Shown one piece after another: positions 1-12,450 of a stretch of DNA of 64,000 nt. The notes beneath the pieces were generated by a model, which worked only from the letters and a program-made list of their open reading frames with translations, was not told the DNA's origin and made no database searches. The DNA lies in contig NC_086108.1 in NCBI RefSeq assembly GCF_963921235.1, forward strand, positions 16,182,001 through 16,246,000, in the 5' to 3' direction. Numbering within the stretch: position 1 is the stretch's first letter; each line of letters opens with the position of its first letter. A program made the translations under genes and the position numbers. Source of the DNA: Mobula hypostoma (taxonomy: Eukaryota).

Positions 1-50
1 AAAATCCCTCCTGGTGCGAAAGGGCTTCTTTGATTTTAACAATGGAACAT
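1..50 (-). CDS. RGSL1: Probable RGSL1-like exon start (continues beyond the window)
   Basis: Polypyrimidine tract plus GAGAAG acceptor, in frame with the previous exon: DVPLLKSKKPFRTRRDF, resembling RGSL1 ...STTRREIL. Confidence 0.55.
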
Positions 51-249
51 CTTCTCAAATAGGAGGAGAAAGAAACATGAATCAGACAGACTTACAAGTT
101 TCTGGATTCCATACCCAAAGGACTGTTACAGCTCAGATGGTATTTTCCAAGGGCTACCATACCTACACCCACATCCCTATCACACCCTCAACAGGCAAAG
201 CAGAGCATGGCTCTGGAAACACTTTGCTCCTCTCTGGCTAAGTTAGAAC

Positions 250-3229
250 TAGTCCGTGAGCCAGGACCCCAAATTTGGGCCACCAGTACCATCTGGGGGG
301 AATAATTCTTATAGTGATTTTTGGCAAGGTATACACCCCTAGTGCTAGAAAATACGTGATAGCATTGCAGCGGTGGTAGCTATTGAAGCCACAGTGAACA
401 AAGACACATAGACTCCTGGAGGCACATCACAGTTCAGCCTGAATGCTGGAGCTATCAAGCATTACTACATAACAGCTGAGCATCGCAGTGCATTCCTGGG
501 ACAGTTAAGGGAGATGGTGCAAGGCAACAAATCAGAGCTTTGTCCTGTGGAGTTACAGTGGCAAAGAATCCATAAAGATGAGGAGGCAGTTTCAGCAGTG
601 GTTACATGAATGGGTCAACCCATTTGCAGAGAAGTGGGACCTCATTAGCATCTCTACGGCAAAGGCAGCCCCCAAGGACATTGCCTCCGACCTGATGAAG
701 GCATATGAGATTGGTGAGCAATGCTATGCAACCTTCAAGGATCAGAGACTAGAGGAAGACCCACCAGCGAAGAAATTCCATGACCCAATGAAAACCAACA
801 AGCTGAAAACATTCAGTGATATGTGTAAGAAGAGAGAAGTGAAATCAAGTGGGAGGGCAATCATCTTGAAAGCAGACTGGTCCTTGTTTGGACGTATCAT
901 AGTGATGGCACAAGGGCGCAGTCTACGTATGGAGGATATATTTTCTCATCCTTTCTCTGCCAGGACAAATAGGTACAAGAACAGTTTCTTACCATATGCC
1001 ATCAGTCTTATGAACACTTGAATTTTAGTCTATTATAAACCAAGTCCACCTGTACATACACTGGTATATAGTTCACGATTATTTGAACTATTGTTTTGTT
1101 TGCTTTTTGATTCTGTACAGCGAGAGCTCAGGGAAACCGGCATCAAATTCCCTGTATGTGTCCACATACTTGGCGATAATAAAGGATTCTGATTCCGATT
1201 CTGATCCCCTTGGACCATTGCCCTGGGCCCTGTCCACACCAGAACGATCACTGAGAAAGACAAATAAAGCTACTTCAGCTACAACCTTGCAGAAAAATGT
1301 AGCAGTAGAAGAGCAACTCTCAGGAAACTCTGCTACAGTGGTTGATGGAATGAACTTGGTCCAAAGAGTGAAAGGTGATCAAGTTACTTTCAGAGATGTT
1401 GCCACAACAGTTCTGGGTATGGCTGTAAGGGAAGTCAGTCAGAGTAGCAGAATAGATATTGTGTTCGACACATACAAGGAGAACTCTATCATAGTGAAGG
1501 ATCTCTACGGGGTGAAGAGACTGGTCATGAGTTGCAAGATATTACAGGCACACAGATGGTGAGGCAGTGGAGGAGCTTCCTGACCAAAGTCAGTAACAAA
1601 AATAGTCTCATTAGCTTCATAGCCCATGAATGGAGGAAGGTGGAGTTCAGAGCAAAGCTACAGGAGAAGATTCTGTATGTAACTGTGAATGATAAATGTT
1701 ACAGAATCACATCTCAAGACAGTGAGGAGGTGTCAGCTCTTCAGTGTCAACAAGAAGAAGCAGATGGCCGCCTACTTCTCCATGCTGCCCATGCCACAAG
1801 AGAGGGATACCAATCTGAGGTGATCTGCTCAGAAGACACAGGTGTCTTTATCATGACTTTAGCATTTTGTGACAAGATTGAGGCCCCATTGTTCCAGAAG
1901 TGTGGCACTAGAACCTGTGCAAGGCTTGTAGACATCAGGAATGTTGCTACCACTGTTGGCATAGAGGTTTGTAGGGCTCTCATCGGGTTGCACACATATA
2001 CGGGATGCGACACTGTAAGCACTTCTGCAGGCAAAGGGAAGACAAGTGCCCTAAAACTTCTGACCAGCAACAACTCAGGCCATATTCTTTGAGTTGGGTC
2101 AGGAATGGGACCTCTCTCCAGAACTGATGGACAAACTAGAGGCATTTACATGTCTCTTGTATGCCCCAAAAGCATCAACCACCAAGGCCAATGAGCTCAG
2201 GTATCACCTTTTCTGTGTCAAAAAAGGTGAAGTCGAAAGTCGTCAACTCCCACCATGCAAGGACTGCTTAGCAAAACATGCACAGTGAGCCAACACCAGG
2301 CTGGTATATGGAGAAGATAGAAACATAGAAAATAGGTGCAGGAGTAGGCCATTCGGCCCTATGGTGATTTGCACTCAGTGCCACTTCATTAGATGCATCT
2401 GTACACTTGCTCATTTATGCAAATATCTAGTCAGCCAATCAAGTGGCAGCAACTCAATGCATAAAAGCATGGTCTGTGGTGTTTGGAGGAGGACCCACAA
2501 GTGCCAGGCCCCGTTGGTTGGTAGAGAAAAGAGGAAGCTGAACAATTGGTGGTGCATTGGATGGAAGGCCAGCCAGCACCCGATGCTGTCCTGAATCTAC
2601 TGGCCCGTAACTGTCCAAAAAAATGTTCACTCCCAAGATGTACGTGCAAATGGCCTCAGGTGTACTGACATGTGTAGACTGGCAGACTGTGAGAAGCAGG
2701 CGTCCACCTCAGAGAGTATGGAAAGTTCAGATGAAAATGTGGAAGACATAGAAGACTTGGAAAATTATTATGATTATTAATAGGTTATGAGAGTATGGAA
2801 AACAAAGTATGGAAAGCAGTCTTTGATTAAATATATTCATTTTACAACCAAATGGGGCCTAGGTTATGGCCGTGTGGAACCCTACATTTGAATTATTGTA
2901 CTGTAATTCTATATGCTGTAACAAAAGCTTAAGATTGTTTTGATTTGATACAACAATATGGAAAATATCATGACATTGATAAAACTCCAGAAATCTCTCC
3001 AAATGAGGATTTTTTACCTTTTGGGGTGGGGGGGGGTAACATTTTCTGCTGTACTGATGTTAATATGGAATATATACAATAAGTGATTACTGAGTTGAAG
3101 TAATAAAGCTATCACTGGTGCAATGCTATCACATATTTTCTAACTCTAGAGATGTATACCTTGCCAAAAATCACTATGAGCATTATTCCCCTCAGATGGT
3201 ACCGACCAACCCTTCTGGATCACGGACTA
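250..3229 (+). mobile_element. Academ-superfamily (XPG-nuclease type) DNA transposon, internally deleted and decayed
   Basis: Imperfect ~85-90 bp TIRs (250-342 / 3146-3229) with TAG...CTA termini and a 3-bp AAC TSD. Broken ORF carries XPG/FEN-like motifs (EEADGRLLLHAAHA, SEDT, HTYTGCDTVS..GKGK, LPPC) and a Cys-rich tail near 2600-2700. Confidence 0.8.
952..1206 (+). mobile_element. Rex1/L2-like LINE 3' fragment inserted in the Academ ORF
   Basis: ARTNRYKNSFLPYAISLMN* then AATAAA and a (GATTCT)-like tail; the host ORF resumes SHP|LGPLPWALS. Confidence 0.65.
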
Positions 3230-4869
3230 AACATAGAATATAAAACAGAACAGGCCCTTCAGCCCACGATGTTTTGACAAAATAATTAAAGTAGTAACTA
3301 AACTCCTAACCAAACTATTCTCTTCTGCCTACTCAATGTCCATATCAATTCATTTCCTATATATTCACATGCCCGTGTCAGTTTCTTAAACATCGCTCTC
3401 GTATTTGCCTCCACTACCACCCCTGTCAGTGGATTCCAGGCATCCAGCACTGTGTGAAAAGCTTGCTCCACTGCACGCACCTTTAGCATCAGACACGTGG
3501 GGGTGGAACTTCCCCCCTTGTCAAAGCTGTCAAGGCCATACTACAAGTTCAAAATATCTCTGCTAGTGAATGATATTTAAAACCCATTAAAATTTCTATA
3601 AAAATTAGAAACATTAACTCTTAAAAACTTAAAAACACCACAGTATACGTATGAATCATTAGAAGCACACAAAAAAAACTTATCTCCTAATCTGCAGGTC
3701 ATGATTCTGGAATTAGATAAATGTAGACCCTAATGTTACACCAGTGTTGTCTGGCATTGGATAGGAAGAGTCAGCAAGACTGACCTCCCACATTGGATGC
3801 CAGGTGGAGTCCAGTGGTGGATCAGACTGACTCACTCAGCTCACCTGGAGGCACAGTAGGCTGGCTTGGGTCCAAGACATTTATTAGGAGCTGATTATTC
3901 CTCTCAGAAACAACCAGGCACAGCCAGCATGATGCTGCCTAGTTCTTATGCGCCACATCAGCAAACCTGGAGACCTGCCTGGCTATTCTAAGTCATAATA
4001 AAGTGAGAAGTTTCAATCTGTCATATTCGGCTTCATCCCTGTCCTTGATCTCCCACCAACTAATTTTTACAAGTTTGTGAAGGGCCCAGAGGCAGAGATC
4101 TAAACTGTGGTAAAGGAAAAGAAGGGACAGAGAAAAAGAGAGCACCCTTGAATAATGGAGGATGAGTCAGAAGACAGATGTGAACTTGGCCACCAGCAAC
4201 ATAGGTGAGGGAAGCAACAGAAGAGATTGTCAGAGGTGCTGCTGAAGGGCTGATGACAAAAATCATGATTGTAACTGCTGCAAAGGGACTGTAAATAGCT
4301 GAATTATAAACAAGCAGGGAGATTAAGCAAAAATTCATTCTAAGAAAGAGACAAGTATCTGAAAAGAAAATAATTCAGAGAGGAATACAGGAGAGGGGGA
4401 ATCTAGCACACAGCCTGTAATCAGGCACTCTGCTGACATGTACGATTGCAATGAAAGCAAAGGCAATTTATACAAATGAAGCTCCCACAAACGGCAATAA
4501 CAAGCAGTAGGCAAGTCTGATTTGCTCTGCAGAGGTGAGGAATAAGGTGAGGACACTAGGGGAACTCCTTGCCATGGGTCCATGGGTACTAATCCATCTA
4601 ATCAGGGAGTTAAGGCTTAAGTTTAGAACACGGCAAAACACAATGCTTCTGACAGTGTTGCATAGAGTTAGCACAGGGGTTCCCAACCTTTTTATGCCAT
4701 GATGCCTACCATTAACTGAGGAGTCCATGAACCCCGGGTTGGGAATCCGTGAGTTAGCACTTGCTGCAAGAATGAGCAAGGTTGCTACTGTCAGATATTG
4801 CCTTAGCACATAAATGACTACGGCAGAAAGTGACTGAGCTGCCATTGCAGCTTTTAATGTGACAATTTA

Positions 4870-5465
4870 ATAGTCATAGTCATACTTTATTGATCCCAGG
4901 GGAAACTGGTTTTCATAACAGTTGCACCATAAATAATTAAATAGTAATAAAACAATAAATAATTAAATAGTAATATGTAAATTATGCCAGGAAATAAGTC
5001 CAGGACCAGCCTATTGGCTCAGGGTGTCTGACCCTCCAAGGGAGGAGTTGTAAAGTTTGATGGCCACAGGCACGAATGACTTCCTATGACGCTCTGTGTT
5101 GCATCTCGGTGGAATGAGTCTCTGGCTGAATGTACTCGTGTGCCCAACCAGTACATTATGTAATGGATGGGAGACATTGTCCAAGATGGCATGCAACATG
5201 GACAGCATCCTCTTTTCAGACACCACCGTGAGAGAGTCCAGTTCCATCCCCACAACATCACTGGCCTTACAAATGAGTTTGTTGATTCTGTTGGTGTCTG
5301 CTACCCTCAGCCTGCTGCCCCAGCACACAACAGCAAACATGATCGCACTGGCCACGTCAGACTCATAGAACATCCTCAGCATCGTCCAGCAGATGTTAAA
5401 GGACCTCAGTCTCCTCAAGAAATAGAGACGGCTCTGACCTTTCTTGTAGACAGCCTCAGTGTCCT
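4870..5465 (-). mobile_element. Rex1/Babar LINE 3' fragment
   Basis: KKGQSRLYFLRRLRSF...AVVCWG...TERHRKSFVPVAIKLYN; tail AATAAAGTATGACTATGACTA. Related ends at ~28920-29160 and ~61567-61680. Confidence 0.85.
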
Positions 5466-5488
5466 TTAATCCCTCCCTTACTTTGGTT

Positions 5489-7474
5489 ACATAGAAACAT
5501 AGAAAATAGGTGCAGGAGTAGGCCATTCGGCCCTTTGAGCCTGCACTGCCATTTATTATGATCATGGCTGATCATCCAACTCAGAACCCTGCACCAGCCT
5601 TCCCTCCATACCCCCTGATCCCCGTAGCCACAAGGGCCATATCTAACTCCCTCTTAAATATAGCCAATGAACTGGCCTCAACTGTTTCCTGTGGCAGAGA
5701 ATTCCACAGATTCACCACTCTCTGTGTGAAGAAGTTTTTCCTAATCTCAGTCCTAAAAGGCTTCCCCCTTATCCTCAAACTGTGACCCCTCGTTCTGGAC
5801 TTCCCCAACATCGGGAACAATCTTCCTGCATCTAGCCTGTCCAATCCCTTTAGGATTTTATACGTTTCAATCAGATCCCCTCTCAATCTTCTAAATTCCA
5901 ACGAGTACAAGCCCAGTTCATCCAGTCTTTCTTCATATGAAAGTCCTGCCATCCCAGGAATCAATCTGGTGAACCTTCTTTGTACTCCCTCTTTGGCAAG
6001 GATGTCTTTCCTCAGATTAGGGGACCAAAACTGCACACAATACTCCAGGTGTGGTCTCACCAAGGCCTTGTACAACTGCAGTAGTACCACCCTGCTCCTG
6101 TACTCGAATCCTCTCGCTATAAATGCCAGCATACCATTCGCCTTTTTCACCGCCTGCTGTACCTGCATGCCCACTTTCAATAACTGGTGTATAATGACAC
6201 CCAGATCTCGTTGCACCTCCCCTTTTCCTAATCGGCCACCATTCAGATAATAATCTGTTTTCCTATTTTTGCCACCAAAGTGGATAACTTCACATTTATC
6301 CACATTAAATTGCATCTGCCATGAATTTGCCCACTCACCTAACCTATCCAAGTCACCCTGCATCCTCTTAGCATCCTCCTCACAGCTAACACTGCCACCC
6401 AGCTTCGTGTCATCCGCAAACTTGGAGATGCTGCATTTAATTCCCTCACCCAAGTCATTAATATATATTGTAAACAACTGGGGTCCCAGCACTGAGCCTT
6501 GCGGTATCCCACTAGTCACTGCCTGCCATTCTGAAAAGGTCCCGTTTATTCCCACGCTTTGCTTCCTGTCTGCTAACCAATTCTCTATCCACGTCAATAC
6601 CTTACCCCCAATACCGTGTGCTTTAAGTTTGCACACTAATCTCCTGTGTGGGACCTTGTCAAAAGCCTTTTGAAAATCCAAATATACCACATCCACTGGT
6701 TCTCCCCTATCCACTCTACTAGTTACATCCTCAAAAAATTCTATGAGATTCGTCAGACATGATTTTCCTTTCACAAATCCATGCTGACTTTGTCCGATGA
6801 TTTCACCGCTTTCCAAATGTGCTGTTATCACATCTTTGATAACTGACTCCAGCAGTTTCCCCACCACCGACGTTAGGCTAACCGGTCTATAATTCCCCGG
6901 TTTCTCTCTCCCTCCTTTTTTAAAAAGTGGGGTTACATTAGCCACCCTCCAATCCTCAGGAACTAGTCCAGAATCTAACGAGTTTTGAAAAATTATCACT
7001 AATGCATCCACTATTTCTTGGGCTACTTCCTTAAGCACTCTGGGATGCAGACCATCTGGTCCTGGGGATTTATCTGCCTTTAATCCCTTCAATTTACCTA
7101 ACACCACTTCCCTACTAACATGTATTTTGCTCAGTTCCTCCATCTGACTGGACCCTCTGTCCCCTACTATTTCTGGAAGATTATTTATGTCCTCCTTAGT
7201 GAAGACAGAAGCAAAGTAATTATTCAGTTGGTCTGCCATGTCCTTGCTCCCCATAATCAATTCACATGTTTCTGTCTGTAGGGGACCTACATTTGTCTTT
7301 ACCAGTCTTTTCCTTTTTACATATCTATAAAAGCTTTTACAGTCAGTTTTTATGTTCCCTGCCAGTTTTCTCTCATAATCTTTTTTCCCCTTCCTAATTA
7401 AGCCCTTTGTCCTCCTCTGCTGAACTCTGAATTTCTCCCAGTCCTCAGGTGAGCCACTTTTTCTGGCTAATTTG
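5489..7474 (-). mobile_element. 5'-truncated young CR1 LINE with an uninterrupted RT ORF
   Basis: 634-aa open frame with KSPGPDG, NYRPVSLTS, YLDFQKAFDKVPH, PQGSVLGP, FADD; 3' UTR ends in a TTTCTATG-type tail. Confidence 0.95.
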
Positions 7475-7503
7475 TTACCACCCAAAGGCTACCTATTCCT
7501 TAC

Positions 7504-7665
7504 CAGTAAAACCTCCGCAGGTGGACATTACAACGGAGCCCTCTTGCAGGTGAGTAGCCTGTATCGTGCGGAGTTGAGCAAAGTACTGGTCTCGCTGGTT
7601 GATGTCAGTCTCATCGAGTTTCCGCATCCTCTCCATCCTCATCCAGAACTCCACCAGCTCTGCCC
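7504..7665 (-). CDS. RGSL1: RGSL1-like coding exon (162 nt)
   Basis: tacag|..AELVEFWMRMERMRKLDETDINQRDQYFAQLRTIQATHLQEGSVVMSTC..|gtaag; cf. RGSL1 ELVDFW...RATHLQEGSRVVTLC; phase 1-1. Confidence 0.92.
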
Positions 7666-7802
7666 CTGTACAACAGGAGAACACCCAGCATTGTTTAGCC
7701 ATATCTCAACTGCATTCTGAGTACAACAGCAAGCATTCTTAAAGGGACATGAAACTTAGGACTCGTCTCCTTTCATTAACGCATCCCACAAGATTTGCCT
7801 AC

Positions 7803-7907
7803 CATTTGTCCCCATGAGAAACGATCGAAAGCATTTCATTCCTCGCACACTCCCAATACACCTTCTCAGTAGCCACTGGTCTCGCATCTCGCCCATCTGT
7901 GCCTCTT
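7803..7907 (-). CDS. RGSL1: RGSL1-like coding exon (105 nt)
   Basis: aacag|..EAQMGEMRDQWLLRRCIGSVRGMKCFRSFLMGTN g|gtagg; cf. RGSL1 DQWLLQKCIGGVRGMWRF; phase 1-1. Confidence 0.92.
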
Positions 7908-9351
7908 CTGTTGGAACAAAATGGGAACAGAAAGGCTTAGTGGTTGGATAAAAGGGTGACACATAGCAAACCTCTTCAGTGGATCAACCGTGACTTCGGA
8001 CAGTGACCTTGAAATACTTAAGTTGCTACATACATAAGCCTCCACATTGATTTTTTGGGAATCTGTGTGTTGCTGACAAGTTCGGCATTTATTACCCATC
8101 CAGAGTGTCAGAGAAAGCTGGCTTCCTGAACCACTGCAGTGCTACTGGTGAAGGTGCTCCCACACGACTGCTGAGCTGGGAGTTCCAGGATTTAGATCGA
8201 TGACAGTGAAGGGCTGGCGGTACATTTGCAAGTCAGGATCATATGTAATTTGGAGGGGTAGCTGCAGGCAGTGGTACCCCCATGCAGCTGGTGCCTTGTC
8301 CTTATTTTGGAGCATGTGGGAAATGAACACAGTATTCAGGGAAGGACTTGGCTGAGGTATAACCCCATCATGATGTCGGTCTGTTGCAGTCTTGACATCA
8401 GGAATCAGTCTGGTGAACCTTTTCTCCAAGTTTATCCTTGAAGCAGGAGACACCAAGAAAAAGCAACAAAAAGAAAGAGAAAAAAGAAACTTGCAATGGT
8501 ATAACCTCAAGATGGTATAAGATGTTTTAATGACAATGAAGTTCTGCTTGTCATTGAATGAATGCACAGCAAAATTACATAAACAGCAATGTGATAATCA
8601 TCAGAATTTAAGTGAGGCTCGAGTGTTGGGAGTGTTGTATGTTGGGAGTTGGGAGAAGCTCTCCTTGCTTTGGAGCAATGCCACTGAATCTCTGAATATT
8701 CATCGCTGAGGGTTTCTTGCTCACTTGTGATTCTCCTTACCTCCAGCACGTACTCAGCATCGTATCAACAGGACGTCTGAAGTGTGGTGTGAATCACAAC
8801 CTTTTGATTCAGAGGCAAGAGCTCATGTGATACTTGAAAAATGAAGAAAGCAAAACCCTAGCAAGAGGTTACAGTTTATAGGTCTATTCTAAAACATGGA
8901 TTCCCAACCTTTTTTATGCCATGGACCCCGAGCTGTGTACACTGGTGGAAGAAGCTAATATGGAGTTTTAATGTGGACCATTACAGACAGATGATGCAGG
9001 ATACAAGTTTTCAGTACATTTGCTGAGCCTGAAATTCACACCTGACTATAGCCCCTGTTAACATCCCCTGGCATATATAACCTGACAGTTCATCAGGAAG
9101 ATTTGTACTGAACCATGAAAGATAATGTTCCGGTTGGGAAATTTGATACTACATTGATTGTCAGGTGGTCACTCACCCTCCATGGCCTAAGGGTGTGATT
9201 ACACTTTGGGCAACATTTTAATCAGCAGCTGGAGGAGAGCCTGGACCACAAATGACTTGAAATTTGCACAAATGTAGCTCTTCACTTCATCCCGTTTAAT
9301 TCAGAACAGTTAGAGAAGATATCACGGATCTCCCTATTCTTTGGTACTCAC

Positions 9352-9492
9352 CATTTGATGGCTCTTGTACCAGCTGGGCATCAGAGTCGGGTGTTTTACT
9401 GCTCAGGGAAGAGGAGGATGGGCTATCCTCAGAGAACTGCAGTGTTAGGAGGGACTCTGATGATTCCTGATGCTCCACTGCAAGTCTGGACA
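9352..9492 (-). CDS. RGSL1: Probable extra RGSL1-like exon (141 nt, Ser-rich)
   Basis: ttcctag acceptor and gtgagt donor; open in the phase 1-1 frame required by the flanking exons (SRLAVEHQESSESLL...QEPSN). No recognised homology. Confidence 0.6.
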
Positions 9493-9594
9493 CTAGGAAA
9501 CAGAAATTATGTCATTAGAAATCTGGAAGAAAAATCTAACAGCAAGATACATTCTTCAGCATTCACTTTTATCTAGAAACAAAATTAATTTTGG

Positions 9595-12450
9595 CAACAC
9601 CTACAAAATGCTGGAGGAACTCAGCAGGCCAGGCAGCATCTATGGAAAAAAGTACAGTTGACATTTTGGGCCAAAAGCCTTCAACAGGACTGGAGAGTAA
9701 AAGCTGAGGAGTAGATTTAAAAGGTGGGGGGAGGAGAGAACCACCAGGTGATAGGTGAAACTTGGAGGGGGAGGAATGAAGTAAAGAGCTGGGAAGTTCA
9801 TTGGTGAGATGAGGTGAAAGAGAGTAATGGGGGGTGGGTCATGGAGAGGAGTGGGGGAGGGGGGAGGGGTCAGGGGGCATTACCGGAAGTTTGGGAAATC
9901 GATGTTCATGCCATCAGGTTGGAAGCTATCCAAACAGAATATAAGGTGTTGTTCCTCCAGCCTAATTGTCACCTCATTATGACAGTGGAGGAGGCCATGG
10001 ATGGAAATTATGGAATGGGAATGGGAAGTGAAATTAAAATGGGTGGCCACTGGGAAATCCTGCTTGTTCTGGCGAATGGAGCGTAGATACTTAGCAAAGC
10101 AGTCTCCCAATCTATGTCGGGTCTCACCGATGTACAGGAGGCCACACTGGGAGTACTGAACACAGTAAATAACCCCAACAGGTGAAGTATCACCTCACCT
10201 GGAAGGATTGTTTAGGGCCCTAGATGGTGTTGGAGGAGGTGTAGGGGCAGATGTTGCACTTGTTCCGCTTGCAAGGATAAGTGCCAAGAAGGAGATCAGT
10301 GGCGAGGGACGGATGGACAAGGGAGTCGAGTAGGGAGTGATCCCTGTGGAAAGCAGAAAGTGTGAAGTGGGAGGGGGGAGGGAAAGATGTGTTTGGTGGT
10401 GGGATCCCGCTAGAGGTCGCAGATGCTTCAGAGAATTATGTGCTGGATGAGGAGGCTGGTTCGGTGGTAGGTGAGGACAAGAGGAACCCTATCCCTGGTA
10501 GAGTGGTGGGAGGATGGGGTAAGAGCAGATGTGATTGAGGGTAGCGTTGATGGTGGAGGAAAGGAAGCCCCTTTCTTTGAAAAAGGAGGACATCTCCTTC
10601 GTTCCAGAATGAAAAGCCTCATCTGGAGAGCAGATGCGGCGGAGAAAAGGGGATGGCGTAGTAGGGTGGGACGAAGTGTAGCCTAGGTAGCTGTGAGAGT
10701 CCATGGGCTTGTAAAAGACATCAGTGGATACACTGACTCTGGAGATAGAGACAGTGAGGTCAAGAAAGGGAAGGAAGATGTCGGAAATGGACCAGTGAGA
10801 TTGAGAAAGGGAACTTGAGGGCGGGGTGGAAGTTGGAGGCAAAGTGGATGAAGTCAACGAGTTCAGCATGGGTGCAGGGAGTCATCAATGTAGCATAGGA
10901 AAAATGCAGGATGGTCACCAGTGTAGGCTTGGAACATAGACTGTTCCACGTAGCCAAAAGACACACATTGCAGGGACCCATGCGAGTGCCCATGGCTACA
11001 TCTTTTGTTAGAAGGAAGTAGGAGAACCCAACAGAGAAATTATTGAGAGTGAGGACAAATTCCGCTAGGCGAAGGAGAGTGGTGGTGGAGGGGAACTGGT
11101 TCGGTCTGGTGTCCAGGAAAAAAAAACGGAGAGCTTTGAGGCCTTCCTAAAGGGAGATGGAGGTGATTAGGAACTGGACATCCATAGTAAAAATGAGATG
11201 ATGGGGGCCAGGGAACTTGAAATCCTTGAAAAGATCAAGAGCGTGTGAGGTGTCAGGGATGTCGGTAGGGAGGGACAGAGTCGATGTAAGCCCGTATGAG
11301 TTCAGTGGGGCAGGAATAAGCTGAAACAATGGGTCTACCTGGACAAGCAGGTTTATGGATCTTGGGTAGGAGGTAGAAACAGGAGGTGCGGGCTACAGAA
11401 ACTGTGAGGTTGGTGGCGGAGGATGGGAGATCCCCAGAGTCAATAAGGTAGGTGAAGGTGTGGGAGACAATGGCTTGGTGTTCCACAGTGGGGTCCTGTT
11501 CGAAGGGTAAGTAAGAGGAGGTGTCTGAGTTGGTGCTGGGCCTCGGCAAGGTAGAGGTCAGTACACCAGACTACTACAGGATCTCCCTTATCTGTGGGGT
11601 TGATGGTGAAGTTAGGATTGGTGTGGAGGGAGAGCAGAATGTTTGAAAGGAGTGAGGGTGGAATAGGAGACAGGAGTGTTAAAATCTAAACTTTATTGTC
11701 CCGTCGGCAGTTGGCAATGAAAAGGTCCAGGGCAGGCAGAGGACCAGGGCAGAGTGCCCAGGAAGAGGAGGAGGGTGAAGACGGGAGAAGGGATCATCGC
11801 TGCGGGGTGGGAAGTCCTCGGGAAAGAACTAGACTCGGAGACAGAGGCAGCGGAAGAAGAGCTCAGCGTCGTGGTGGGCATGGAACTCACCGAGGTGTGG
11901 GCGTAGGGGGACAAAGGTGAGACCCTCACTGAGGACTGAACCTTCTGCCTTAGAGAGGGGAAGGTCAGAGGGATGGTGAAAACCCGACATGGATGAGAGC
12001 TGGGATTGGAGGGGTGAAGGGGGTTGGTGGTGCCTGAGGGGAAAGGAGATTTGGAATGTTCAGGAAAGGTGGAGTCTCCGAGGACCCAAGAGCTGGCGGT
12101 GGGACCTGAGAGAGATGGGATTGCGGAGTGGCAGTGGGGAAAGGGGAGACAGAGGTTCTAGCGGTAGCGCACTAAGACCCAGCCTGGAGGTCAAGGCTGG
12201 ATTCAGAATTGGAGGTTGCGCAATTGGCACTTTGGAGGTCGTTGGAACCTGCACTGATGGCAGTGGAATCTGGGTTTAGGATCTGCTCTGGATTGTTAGA
12301 GCCATTGAGGTCAGCAACAGGGATCGTGGTCTGGTGGCATCTAGCCCTGCCAGCGTTGGAGACAGCAGGTTCTGTGGTCTGTAGACGAGCGATCTTCCGA
12401 TCCTCGCAGGACATGAGAAAGTCAAAGAACTGGCGATTGAAAGCGTAATT
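9595..12450 (-). mobile_element. Penelope-like retroelement (decayed RT plus GIY-YIG endonuclease)
   Basis: Fragments YLLPKIHKPACPGRPIVS, MGTRMGP, LPFLDL and PVATHFN...RLEEQHLIF..QPDGMN; 3' terminal repeat shared with 18298, 27850, 28465 and 44360. Confidence 0.85.

Noticed and set aside
14..241. Plus-strand 75-aa ORF
   Set aside because: No recognisable product; overlaps an RGSL1 acceptor and exon on the opposite strand.
4335..4845. Minus-strand ORFs in the RGSL1 intron
   Set aside because: No RGSL1 similarity or convincing splice-site pair; partly overlap a small MITE-like remnant at ~4674-4748.
5969..6673. Antisense ORFs over CR1 (and similar ones over other LINEs and the Gypsy pol)
   Set aside because: Shadow frames of retroelement coding sequence.
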